64,000 bases of DNA from Lama guanicoe (Eukaryota): the NCBI GenBank assembly GCA_013239625.1, contig MU054001.1:1677884-1741883 (forward strand). The letters are read 5' to 3'. Positions within the stretch are counted from its first letter, which is position 1. Each line of letters opens with the position of its first letter. Positions 12,746-24,100 of the stretch are shown here, piece after piece. Under the pieces are notes generated by a model that searched no databases, was not told the origin of the DNA, and worked only from the letters and a program-made list of their open reading frames with translations. The position numbers and the translations under genes were made by a program.

Positions 12746-15507
12746 TCTCTGCAATTTACTTTTAAATGATTCAGGAAGAAAAAAATTAGACAGGAAGAGG
12801 GAAATAAATTGAAATCATTCCACCATTAACCATTGTTAAATCTGTGTGGTGAGTGGAAGGATGGTCATTGTACTCTTCTGTTCTATATGACTGAAGATTT
12901 TCATAATAAAAAGTTGGAATAAATGATGGTGACAGTATCATTTGCTTAGGGTGCAGACTCCCAAAATCACTGGAACTCCTTGCCTTTTAAAAATTTTTTT
13001 AAATTTTTTAATGTTGTGTTAATTTCTGGTATAGAGCATGATGATTCAATTATACATATATATCCATATATATTTATTCCTTTTCACATTCTTTTTCCTT
13101 ATAGGCTATTATGGAACTCCTTGTCTTTCATGAATCACTATTCACCTATTGTAAGAAAGTAAGGTGTCTATGTCAGGAACAGTGCCCTGCCCACAGCAGA
13201 CCCTGAATTATTTATCAAATGGATGAATATTGCTTTTTCTCCCTTTGGTTTTCTTTTCTGCACCTGCCAGTCTAGCTAAAACTAACCTTAAGCCATTCCC
13301 ATCTTTCCAAATGCTTTGAAACCACAGAGTGAGGTGATTTTGCAAAGAATGCCAATAAAAGAGAAGATAGCTCTTGTGGCTGGTGGAAGAGTGAGCAGCA
13401 TGCTAAGAGAGTGGGTGGCTTTTTGCAGCATCATGGATGTTCAAAGTGCTGTTTGGTCATAAAAGAAGATCAATTCTCTGCTGGCCCCTCTATGAGCTGC
13501 AGTGTTGTATATTGGCTGCTTTTCCTTTAGGCATAAATTCTCACAGTGGTCCACCAGCGACTCTGATTAGGACTTGAAGTGTTATATTCTGTAAAATTCC
13601 TCCTTTCATCTATCTATCCAATCATCCAACCATCCACTTACTAGAGTCAGGAGTTACAGGAACTAGGTCAGGGAAGAAAATGTGATGCAAACCAAAACTG
13701 GAAGCACATTTGTGATGTTATAAAGAAGAATTATAGTGATAGGTGAGGTTGTAGAAAGGCTAAAAGGCACATCCTCCTCTAAAGCAGTGCTCCTCAGACT
13801 TTAATCATTGCCAAAAATTCATGATTTCTGCCAGATCTGAGGATCATTATTAACTACAGAATGATTACTTACTGAATATCCTCCTTTAAACCCATTCACC
13901 TTAAAAAAAAAAAATCAGATGCTTACTGTGGTCTCATCCTGAACATGACTGTCCAGAAAGTCATGGTGGGGATGTGTTGTTGCTTTTTTCTCTGATGTAT
14001 TAAAATAAATGCCTAGCTGTGTATCCTTAACAATAGATGTAATCAGTGGAACACATGCCACACTATGTAGGAATCTACCTTTCACAAAAGGATTTAGGAG
14101 GCAAATGGATTGAGCTTAAAATTCTAGCTCGTGTGTGTGCCTGTGAATGAAACACATACACATTTCAACTCACCATCACTTGGCCGCTTCTGGAAGGAAA
14201 GGCTGTTCAGGCCTTTCTTTAGTAGTAGATCAGTGATCTAAACTGCTTTGTACAGTTAATTTCCCAGAGACCAAAAGGAGAATGGAGTCCGTGAATATTT
14301 TGCTGATTAGAACATGAGCAGGAGTCCTGAACACTCAAATAGATCCCTTAAGTCCTGATGCAAAAAGAATTCATCTTTTGACACAAATATCAGATACTCG
14401 AAAAACTTAGAATAATGAATGAAATATGAGTGACTGAAAATGTTTTCTAGGTAAGGTTAAGTTTTAGTGGGGGGGTTTTTTCTTAGTATTTTACATTTTA
14501 GTCTTAAAGAAATGGTACCTCAAGCTGCCTCCTCATTTCCCTTTGAATAAGTCATCCTCATTTTCACAATCAGCTACTTTCTTGGTGCAGAGCTGGGGGT
14601 GTGCAGGTTGGTAGGTGTTTTAAATATACTTTAGTTGCTTCTGTCTTTCATTTGGCAAGTATTTACTGCATACCTACTCCAACTAGGCATTGGACTGGAT
14701 GCTGGGAAGACCAGGAAAAAGGAAACAGACATGGTTCCTGCCTCGTGGAATTTACTGTATAGTACAGAGAGAGGTACTAATGTCACCTCCTAAATGGACA
14801 GAAAATTGCCCTGAGGAAGTGGTGTTTGAGCAGAGATCTGTGTAAGGGGAGACAGAACAGTCCAGGCCAAGGGAACATCCAAAGCAAAGGCCCCCCTTTT
14901 GTGGTGGGGCTGAGTGGGAAGGCATCACACATCCAAAGAATTAAAGAGAATGCGAGTGGCTGAAGCCTGAGGTCCGTGAGGCTGGACAGGCATTGGCCCT
15001 GCATGCTGGGCCCATGGTCACAGTAAGGAGTTTAGCCTTTGTCCCAAGAGCAGCAGGGCACCCCTGAAGGGCGGGACTCCTTAACGAAACTCAAGGCTCT
15101 GCTAGCAATGAAGAAGGGGGAAATGGTTATCAGGCACATAAACAGCAGTGCCTACAGAAACACCCCAAACATGGCCTATTGGAAACAGAACTATTTCCCT
15201 ATCCCCAAACCCTGCAAAAAGTGTGCTTTACTGTTTCTCATCTCAGTGAATGGCCTCACCACTCCTCCAGTAGCTCAAGCCAAAATCTAGACTTCATCCA
15301 TGATACTTCCCTTGTCTTCGGCCCTTTACCCCTCACATCTAATCCATGGCCAAGTCCTGTCCATTCCACCTCTTAAACATCTGAACTCATTCACTTCTCC
15401 ATCTCCGCCGTCAAACTTATGTAATCATCTCTTGCCAAACCACCGCAGTGGTTTCCCAAATACTCTGTTGGCCCTACAATCTGTTCTCCAAACAAAGTGG
15501 CCTTTTC

Positions 15508-16101
15508 TTTCCTTTTTTTTTTTGTATATATATTTTGATTGAAGTATAGTCAGTTTACAATGTTGTGTTAATTTCTGGTGTACAGCACAATGCTTCAGTC
15601 ATACATGAACATACATATATTCATTTTCATATTTTTTCATTATAGGTTACTACAAGATATTGAATATAGTTCCCTGTGCTATACAGTATAAAGTTGTTGT
15701 TTATCTATTTTATATATATTAGCTAGTATCTGCAAATCTCAAACTCCCAATTTATCCCTTCCCATCCCCTTTCCCCTTGGTAACCATAAGTTTGTTTTTC
15801 ATGACTGTGAGTCTGTTTCTGTTTTGTAAATAAGCCCATTTGTCTTTTTTTTTATAGATTCCACATATAAATGATATCATATGGTATTTTTCTTTCTCTT
15901 TCTGGCTTATTTGACTTAGAATGACAATCTCCAGGTCGTTCCATGTTGCTGCAAATGGCATTTTATTACTTTTTATGGCTGAGTAGTATTCCATTGTATA
16001 AATATACAACTTCTTTATCCAGTCATCTGTCGATGGACATTTAGGTTGTTTCCATGTCTTGGCTATTGTAAATAGTGCTGCTATGAACATTGGGGTGCAT
16101 G
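15508..16101 (-). mobile_element. 5'-truncated L1 insertion
   Basis: [23 protein letters not shown]2 tail; TSD caaagtg(gc/tt)cttttc at 15493-15507 / 16102-16116. Confidence 0.9.
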
Positions 16102-16164
16102 CAAAGTGTTCTTTTCAAGATATAAATCCAATCATGTTATTCCTCTGCCTAAAGTCCAGGGATC

Positions 16165-16555
16165 CAGGGTAAATCTTGCTGAGCCCTTGTCAGTCATGGC
16201 AGACTCATGCCACTTGCCTTTGATTGGTTTCCTTGTGGGCAGAGACCCAGTAACTAGTTTCTGGTTGTTGAAACATGAGCATTGCTTCTGGGGAGCTTCT
16301 GGGAAAGGTATTCTTGCTCTTTGAAGAGATCCTTGGAACTAAAGGATCCTTTTGCTTTTGCTAGACACTGTCCCATTGGGGTGTGTCTGGAATGGCAGCA
16401 GCCTGAAAGTGCAACGCCAGGGACTGGAGGGAAAGCCACGTCTGAGGTCCGCAGTGCCACCCCTGGAACTTGCCCCACTGCTGGAGAGAAATCCCCCTGC
16501 TATGATAGGCTGTTTGAGTTGGGTTTTCTCACATGCACAGCCACAAGGATCTGAC
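16165..16555 (+). mobile_element. Old MaLR (MLT1-like) LTR
   Basis: gcttctgggaaagg and the 3' end tgtttgagttgggttttct...cacagcc...tgaca. Confidence 0.55.
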
Positions 16556-17429
16556 AAGTGTCTGAAGCATCCAGTGCCAAAAGAGCAGTTGCATAAATGT
16601 ACCTGAAGCTCCGTGGAGAGATCTGAGCTGAAGAAATGTAAGTGAGTCCCTGGTGAAGCTTAGGGAAGGGATGAGATTGCCAAGGAGGAGAGTAGAGGGT
16701 GAGATCAGAAAAAACTTTAGGAGAGGATGAGGAGACTGCCAAGAAGGCTGGGAGGGATTGGGTCAGAGAGGTGCCAAGGGAGACCACCTGTGGCCAGGAG
16801 AAAGGATTTCCTCCTACTCTTTTCTTTATACCGACTGAGACTAATAATATTAAGGACATCACAACATTCCTAAGTGTATTCAAACTGGACAAAAGGAAGT
16901 GGCTCAGGAATGTTTTCAGCTAGAGGAGGAAGCTGGATTTCAGAACCAACCCTGGGGATTAGGAGTGTTTGGCTGGCTGCCTGCCATTTAAAAGGAGGTC
17001 GTTTTACCAGATGTTCAAAGGCAACCAAAAACTGAACAAACAACCTGATTAGAGAATATTTCTCCTCTTCTGAGTGTAAGATACTGAGTTAGGTGGAGAC
17101 TGGAGGGGCATCCCAAGAGGAGGCACCGTCGTATAAAAAAAAAAAAAAAGCTTGGAGGTGTGAAAGCCAAGGGCAGCCGTCACAGAACGAGACTGGAAAG
17201 AAACGTGAGAAATGAGATGGGAATATGGGAATGAGGCCAGCATAGGGTGTGTCTTGTAAATCAGGGAGGTTAGATTTTATTCAGTCTGAAACTGCTCCCG
17301 TGTTTGACTTTTGAGCAGTAAAGAGTTGGATTTGGTAACGGTGTTCTAGATCAAAACGAGAGTTTGTGAGATAAAAACTGAATAAATTTTAAAAAAAAGC
17401 AGAGGACCAGGAGCTACGTTATCATGGGA

Positions 17430-17540
17430 CAGATTCTCAAACTTCAATGAGTACCAGAATCACCAGAGGAACTTGTGACAAATATAAATTTCTGGTACTC
17501 ACTGCCCCCGGATTCGGATTGTGTATGTCTAGTCTGATAA
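17430..17540. mobile_element. MER5-like hAT MITE fragment
   Basis: ttctcaaactt...cagaatcacc. Confidence 0.55.
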
Positions 17541-18268
17541 GTACACTTTAAAAAAAAGCCCTTCTGGCAGCGCGCCAAAGGATGTCTTGTTGGGATGAGA
17601 GCTGGGACAAGGCATGACTTAGGAGAGCGCCTATCCTCTGTATCCATTCGCTCCTCCATTCTTTGACACAGGAAACAGGCGTTTCTCAATGTTACATCAA
17701 GTGTTCTTCCAGGTTCTCCCAACCTGACAGCGGCCCCAGCTCCTCCCACTGCGGGCCGGCAGGAGCCGGGTGCGCCCGACGTGGCGGTCTCGGGCCTCCT
17801 GGAGCCGCCAGGGACGGAGGAACGAGCGCGGGCGGGGACCGGGGCGGTGAGGCGGCGGCGGCGGCTTACCGTCAGGCTCCTCTCTCGGGACTCCAGTCCT
17901 GCGCCAGGCCCCGCCCTGACCCAAGCTAGGAAAAGCCGCAGTCACAGCCTTTCTGAATGGCAGCGGCGGTCACGCACAAATCTGTGGGCGGGTCTCCATG
18001 GTGACTGACGGACGCCCTGCCCAATTATGTCCAGGTGCTTGTTTCCGCCCCATCCCTCCCCCGGGGCCGAGACCTCTGTGACTGACAGTTCGCCCCGGCG
18101 CTGTTACGTAAGGGGAGGGTCAAGTGCTGCCCCACCCAAGCAAAGCCGTCTTGATTGGCAGGGCCTAGCGCTGCCGTTCCAACCGCCCCCGGAAGAACGT
18201 CCTTGACGGACAGGTATGGGAGCCACTCGGCGCAGCGAAGTTGGACGGAAGCGGCAGGGCCCAGGGGC

Positions 18269-18552
18269 GGGGGCCGGGGGGGCGGAGCCGAGGCTGAGAG
18301 CAGGCCGGGCGGGGCGGGGAGTAGGCAGGGGCCGGGTTGGAGCTGCGGCCAGAGATGCTGTGGGGCCGCGACTGCGCTCGGCAGCCGGGAACACTGCATT
18401 GAAAACACCAGGGGGCCGGGGGGGCGGGGCCGAGGCTGGGAGCAGGCCGGGCGGGGCGGGGAGTAGGCAGGGGCCGGGTTGGAGCTGCGGCCAGAGATGC
18501 TGTGGGGCCGCGACTGCGCTCGGCAGCCGGGAACACTGCATTGAAAACACCA
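18269..18552 (+). repeat. 142-bp tandem duplication (2 copies, 2 mismatches)
   Basis: 18269-18410 vs 18411-18552; they differ only at 18286/18428 and 18297/18439 (A vs G). Confidence 0.95.
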
Positions 18553-18554
18553 AG
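18269..18554 (+). other. AKTIP: AKTIP non-coding first exon region (5' start uncertain)
   Basis: Lies in the CpG island; donor AAG|GTGAGG at 18555, upstream of the ATG-containing exon. Confidence 0.65.
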
Positions 18555-21085
18555 GTGAGGTGCACTGCCAGGCCGGTGGTAGGTACTTGAGGGCCTTGGA
18601 GTCCTCAAACCAGGTCCCCGGCGTCGCCGGGCCCGGCATTTGTCTGCCTTACCGTGGGCTCTCGACTCCGCAGTGACGGCGGCCTCGCTGGGACATGGGG
18701 GTGGAGCCGGGCACCTGTCCGCGGTTGCAGGCACCTGCTGTGCTGGCCGCCGGGAGGTCCAGGGCCTGGCACCGGGAGGCTGTCCGGGAGCTGGGCTGGG
18801 CCGGCCAGAGGAGGGGAGGCGGGCCCGCCCTCCCCGGCCCGGTCCTCACGCCCGACTCCGTCCCCGCTCCCAGGTTGAGGGGGGTGTCCGAGGCCCTCAG
18901 CCCCCACCGGACGGTCTCTCGGGGCCAGGGCCGGCGTCGAGCTAGCTGTGAGGCCGGGACTTGGCCTCTGCCTTGTACTCACCTCGAGACAGGTTTTTCC
19001 AGATTCTCTTCGTGCGCAGAGATGGGTTTCCGCCCCCGGGCGAGGGTGCCCATCCCGAGTGTCCCCAGAGAGCCGGGGCCGAGGCTGCTTTCATCTTTTT
19101 CCTTGGGCCCAGCTTGGTCGCCTCTTAACATAGAATTTAAGGCTGTTCAGGGTGATATGCCTGTTTAAGGACTATGGTACATAGAAGGAAAGAACCGCCC
19201 GTCTTTCAAGTTTTGGCTTACGACAGGTGCGACTCGTTCGTGCGGGGCCAGGATACTGACTTCTCAGCTGTGTGGTATAAAGAAAGGCAATCATGTCTTG
19301 TTTGTATGGCTAAACCAGCAGAAATTCTAAAATTGTTTCGGAATGACTAGGACGTGTCCCGTGTCTTCTAACATCCATGTCACTCCTGTTGGAAAATGTT
19401 ATACTCTGCCTGGGTAGAGTAGACATCTGTTATATGGTGTAGTTACTTCTGAAAAGTGTGCTACAATTTCTCCGGGGGATTATGTTGCTGGAAACAGGCA
19501 GCGGTAGATAATACGGCCTTCTTAAAGACAGGGGAAACTGGGGATTTTATTTGATTCTTAAAGACAAAGTCATAGAATCATTATGTGTTAGACTAGGAAG
19601 GCACCTTACTGATCCACCCCAGTAAATTTACACGGTGGTGAGCACTGTATCCCGAGGGGATAGGGTCCTCTGTTAAATCAGTTCTGTCCTAGATGACAGT
19701 CGAGTGCTGCACGTTACTCTGGATCTGAAAACCAGTGTTTCATTTGCACCAAACAGGAGTATATCCCACCCCCCGCTTACATTTTTGATGTCCCAACCAT
19801 TTTTACCTGTATCATAGTCACCTTTAAAGGCAGATTTGCAAAGAGCTCTCAGGAATAAGTTGCTACTTATCAGATGTAAGTCATCAGGTAAGTGGAAGAA
19901 CCAGAATCCTCATCCCTTTAATTATTGGGTGGCATTGTATCTTGGAAAGCAAAGCAGCAGTAATGGGCGCTGGCAGGGTATGGGATCCACCTGTGGATGT
20001 CAGAGGCTCGTTGGCAAATTGCTGCTGATTAGGGACATTTGGTACATGCTTCTCTAATGATTTGCTTCTTAAGAATTTTGTAAAATGTTGCTTAAGTTTT
20101 GACCCTTCACCTTCAGCCTTTTGATTGGTGCAAATAGGAATTTAGAGGAGCTCGGCTTTAAACATGACCGAGCCTGGGGGAAGTCACCAGAGCAGACAAG
20201 CTGCTGTTCTTAAAGCTCCGCTAGCTGCTTGTCCTTTGCCTTGTCCTTTGTATTTTTAGTAAGTGACCCACTGATTTTGGGACCTTTGAGACACGCTTTC
20301 TTATCCACTTCATGAAGCTTTGGTCGAAGATCTGTGTTTGTGAAATGTCTGTTTGCACTCCTCTGTTGCATTCGTACATATTGCTTGGCAATTCCTTAAA
20401 GGCCTAATCCTGCTGTTTCCACACTTGAAGCAGCTGAAAAAGGTCGTTTCTTGTGGATGGTCCCAACAGGACCCATTAGCCCTTTCTCATCTGCTGTATC
20501 TTCGGCTACCAGTTTTGCTGGAGCGAATCATTCTGTACTTGAGACAACTCATGTAAGACACTCTTAAATTAGCCCCTTGGATCTTTAATTCCCATATCCC
20601 TGGGAACAGTGAGAGACCCTTTGTGCATGAGGGCACAGTGCATTCTGAACCCAGCTTTCCCAGCAGCCAGATGCCTAGATATTATGCTAATAGCAACAGT
20701 TATAGTCCATATCTTCTGCACTTCTGGCACCAGAGCTGAACTGTGTCACTGAATATTCTGAATCCTGGCCAAGGACTCAGTACACAGATTCCTGTCGGCA
20801 TTTAAAGATGGGAAAGAAACTGGAATCAGAAGAGGGAGGGAGTATAGAAGGAAACTGTTTCTGAAGATTTTTTTCCTCTAGGTTTTTATAACCATATATT
20901 ATATAACGTTATACTGTATTTCTGTTTAGAGGTTCATGTTTAGTTCTTAGCTGTTTCAGATGTCGTAACCATTGGTGTTGGTATGTTTCTCTGTTTTCCC
21001 ATCTCATTTTAAGGTAAAGTGAATTCTGTGGACGAAAGAGGTTGATGACACAGACCACAGAATTTCTTTGTTTGGAGGACACGTT

Positions 21086-21127
21086 ATGAACCCTTTCTGG
21101 AGCATGTCTACAAGCTCTGTGCGCAAA
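21086..21127 (+). CDS. AKTIP: AKTIP coding exon 1 (exon likely starts at 21014)
   Basis: [14 protein letters not shown] then GTAGGT donor; acceptor ttttaag ends at 21013. Confidence 0.95.
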
Positions 21128-24100
21128 GTAGGTATAGTTGATAAGTTCAGTGGGGAAACCCATTTATGTCAGAATAGAAGCCAAAAAATTCATACCAGGG
21201 TTGCCTATAGTCTTAACAAATTGCCTTGTTTTTCTAGTTTACGTTTTACTTTTGAGATATAATTATCTTGTTGACTAAAGTCAGTTTCTGAGGCTGAAAT
21301 CGCATCTCAAGTAGAAATCATTCTGCTAATCACAATTCTGTTTTGACTTAAGTTATATTTACACATGATGAAATTTGTGACACATTATTGTAGTAATTTT
21401 TCTACAAACTGCAAGATTCCATGGTTAGAAAAGTCTTGGAAAAGGCCAGTCCAAAACGGTCAGGTCAGACTTGAGAGAGCTGGTTAAATTTTTCTAAATA
21501 AAATACCTGTTTTATTTAGAAAAATAATCATTATAGGAAAACTTAAAATACAAAAAGAAAATGAATATAACCTGTAATTCTACCTATAAGAGAACACCAC
21601 TATTAATCAACTTTTTTCTGTATACCGTACTGTGTACATTTTTAATACAGCTATTTTTAAATAAATTTTTTTAATTTTGGGGGGAAGGCAATCAGGTTTT
21701 TATGTATTTAATGGAGGTGCTGGGAATTGAACCCAGGGCCTTGTGCATGCTAAGCAAGTGCTCGACCACTGAGTTATACGCACCCCTTATACAGCTAATT
21801 AAACGGCATTTGTACCTGAGCCAAGAAAGTGCCGTGAGATGGTAATTTAGTCTCTGACTCATTTAGACCTTTGTCTTTGATGAAGGATGACAGTTTTCTG
21901 GTGATGGTCCACATGTGGAAACATATCCATTAGGGACAAGATCAAAATCAGACCCATGCAAGTGAGAGAATAGCTTCATTCTTAGTTTCTGACCAAAGTG
22001 ATGACATCAGGTAGTGACTGAGTTCGGTCATCTACCCTATTTTGAGCTACTTAGCACCTGACCTCTAAGTGCCAGGGGTTTTTTCTAGTCTTGCACAGTT
22101 GCCTAATTGCTCAGTAACCCTTTGCCCTCTTTCTGGGACCGCCAGGAGAAACCATTTCTTTCTGTTTCATGTAAATCCTGTAAATATTGGCTTTATTGTC
22201 ATGGATGAATTTTCTAATGGTTTAGTCTTGGATCAGCTTTGTTCTGCTCTTTAGAATGGCCTGCCTGCTTAAAGCACTTTCAGGTCATCTTGATCATGGT
22301 GCTAGAATGTCCTTAGAAAGAGTAATTCCAGCTTTTCAGTCAAGGACCAAGAGCACATCACACGTAGTCTTGTGATTTAAGAATCATCCTAACAAATGTT
22401 CTCACCACTTCCATCTCGAATAGCGATCTGATGGTGAAGAGAAGACGTTAACAGGGGACGTGAAAACCAGTCCTCCACGCACTGCTCCAAAGAAACAGCT
22501 GCCTTCCATTCCCAAAAATGCTTTGCCCATAACTAAGCCTACATCTCCTGCCCCAGCGACACAGTCAACAAATGGCACTCACGCTTCCTACGGACCTTTC
22601 TACCTGGAATACTCTCTTCTTGCAGAATTGTGAGTTCTAAACTATTTGGTTCCATTTTGAATGACCCTTGAAAGGTAAAGAATTAAATTTATTCTGATGG
22701 ACTCAGTAGTACACAGCAGCCATTTACCCGTAAAGCGCAAACCCGTCCCCCTCCGGCGTTGGCCTTCGTGTGCACAGGACGATGGAAGCGGTTGCTGGTA
22801 GTATCACCTTTCTTAACCAAGGCCTCAGTGGTGTTACATAAACGCCCTCTAATACAAGTGATGGTTCTTACTCAGAGCTTGGGTAAATAAGATTTAAAGG
22901 CAATGTGTGCTTTAATTTTCCATGTCTGTTTTGGAGAGCAAGAAGAGAAAGAAACTAAGATTTACTAAGCAACCACAGTAGGTCAGAAACTTAGTTTTGG
23001 TCTCTCTTTATATGAGGTGAGGGTTCGCCTCCCGAAGAGGTGGTTGTAGAGGGCGGACAGTGGGATGGTGATGATTGTTCCTCCTTGGGTCAGACCCAAC
23101 CAGAGGCATCCTGACAGACGGAGGAGATGGTCCCTGGAGGAGACGGTCCCCGTAGGCAAAGGTCGGGAAGCCAGACTTTCGGAGTCAACAGCTGAAGGAA
23201 TGGGGACCATGGACTTGGAGAAGAGAAAGCCTAGAAAGTACTTGTTAAAGCTGTCTTCATATGTTTGAAGGTCTGTCATTAGAAAAGGAATTTGACTTTT
23301 CCTGTGTGGCCCCCAGAGGCAGACGGGCAATTCTAGGGAAGTTACAAAGATTTGGGCTTCATGTCAAGAAGAACCTGACTAGTCACAGAAGTCAAAACTT
23401 AGAGTAAAGTTGCACTTATCAATAGAGTGTGAGGAGATGGGCACTTCTGCGGAGTCTGCTAGTGATGACCCAGCTCCTGGCCACCAAAGGGGCTCAAATA
23501 GTGAGTAAGTGCAGATGGCATTTGATTTGATAATTTGTTACAAGGACAGAAAGTTTGGAGAATTCTTAACTTCAGTCATTTAAAAATTCCTTTGTACATG
23601 AAGTTATTTTAAAAGCACCCTCAAGCCCTCCATCACTGCACTAATGCTGCCACGTTGGAGGGTCTGAGGCCCCAGTGTAAATGGCTGGGTGTGAACCAGT
23701 AGCAGCCGTCCCTTCGGCTTTATAATGGAGGCCTGTGTCTGGCCAGGCAGAGTTGGACAGCCTTCCACTGTGACATTAAATCTGCTGTCTGTATTGGGAT
23801 ACAAAATTGCCTTTCTGGCAAACCTCACTGCAGTAGTTACATCTGCCAACCATGCTGCTGTTGACATGCTGAATTTTAATGACTTAAAAATGGAATAACT
23901 ACTTTAAAATGATTTTAAAACTAAGTGTGGTAGCAAACAGGTAATAAATAAAAGCAACCGACGCAGGTCCAATAAGCTACTTCTCCGAAGACTGAGGACT
24001 GGCAGGTTCATGTGCTTTAAGGCCCTCAGTGAACACTGTTCTTTTTAAGGTCCAGTCACAGCCTTCCTTATCAAGGGTCATAGCCCGGTTGCAAGGGACG

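Larger units (their letters stand above)
17720..19090. promoter_or_regulatory. CpG-island promoter of AKTIP
   Basis: Very high GC/CpG density; multiple GGGCGG boxes; ETS motifs CCGGAAG (~18189) and CGGAAG (~18246); inverted CCAAT (GATTGG ~18153); TTACGTAA palindrome at 18104-18111. Confidence 0.9.

Noticed and set aside
11573..12769. ORFs up to 204 aa
   Set aside because: They lie in a decayed L1 5'UTR and show no recognisable protein similarity.
17663..19168. Many overlapping 75-204 aa ORFs in the CpG island
   Set aside because: Stop-codon scarcity in GC-rich DNA; low-complexity P/G/A/R translations; internal repeats explained by the 142-bp duplication.
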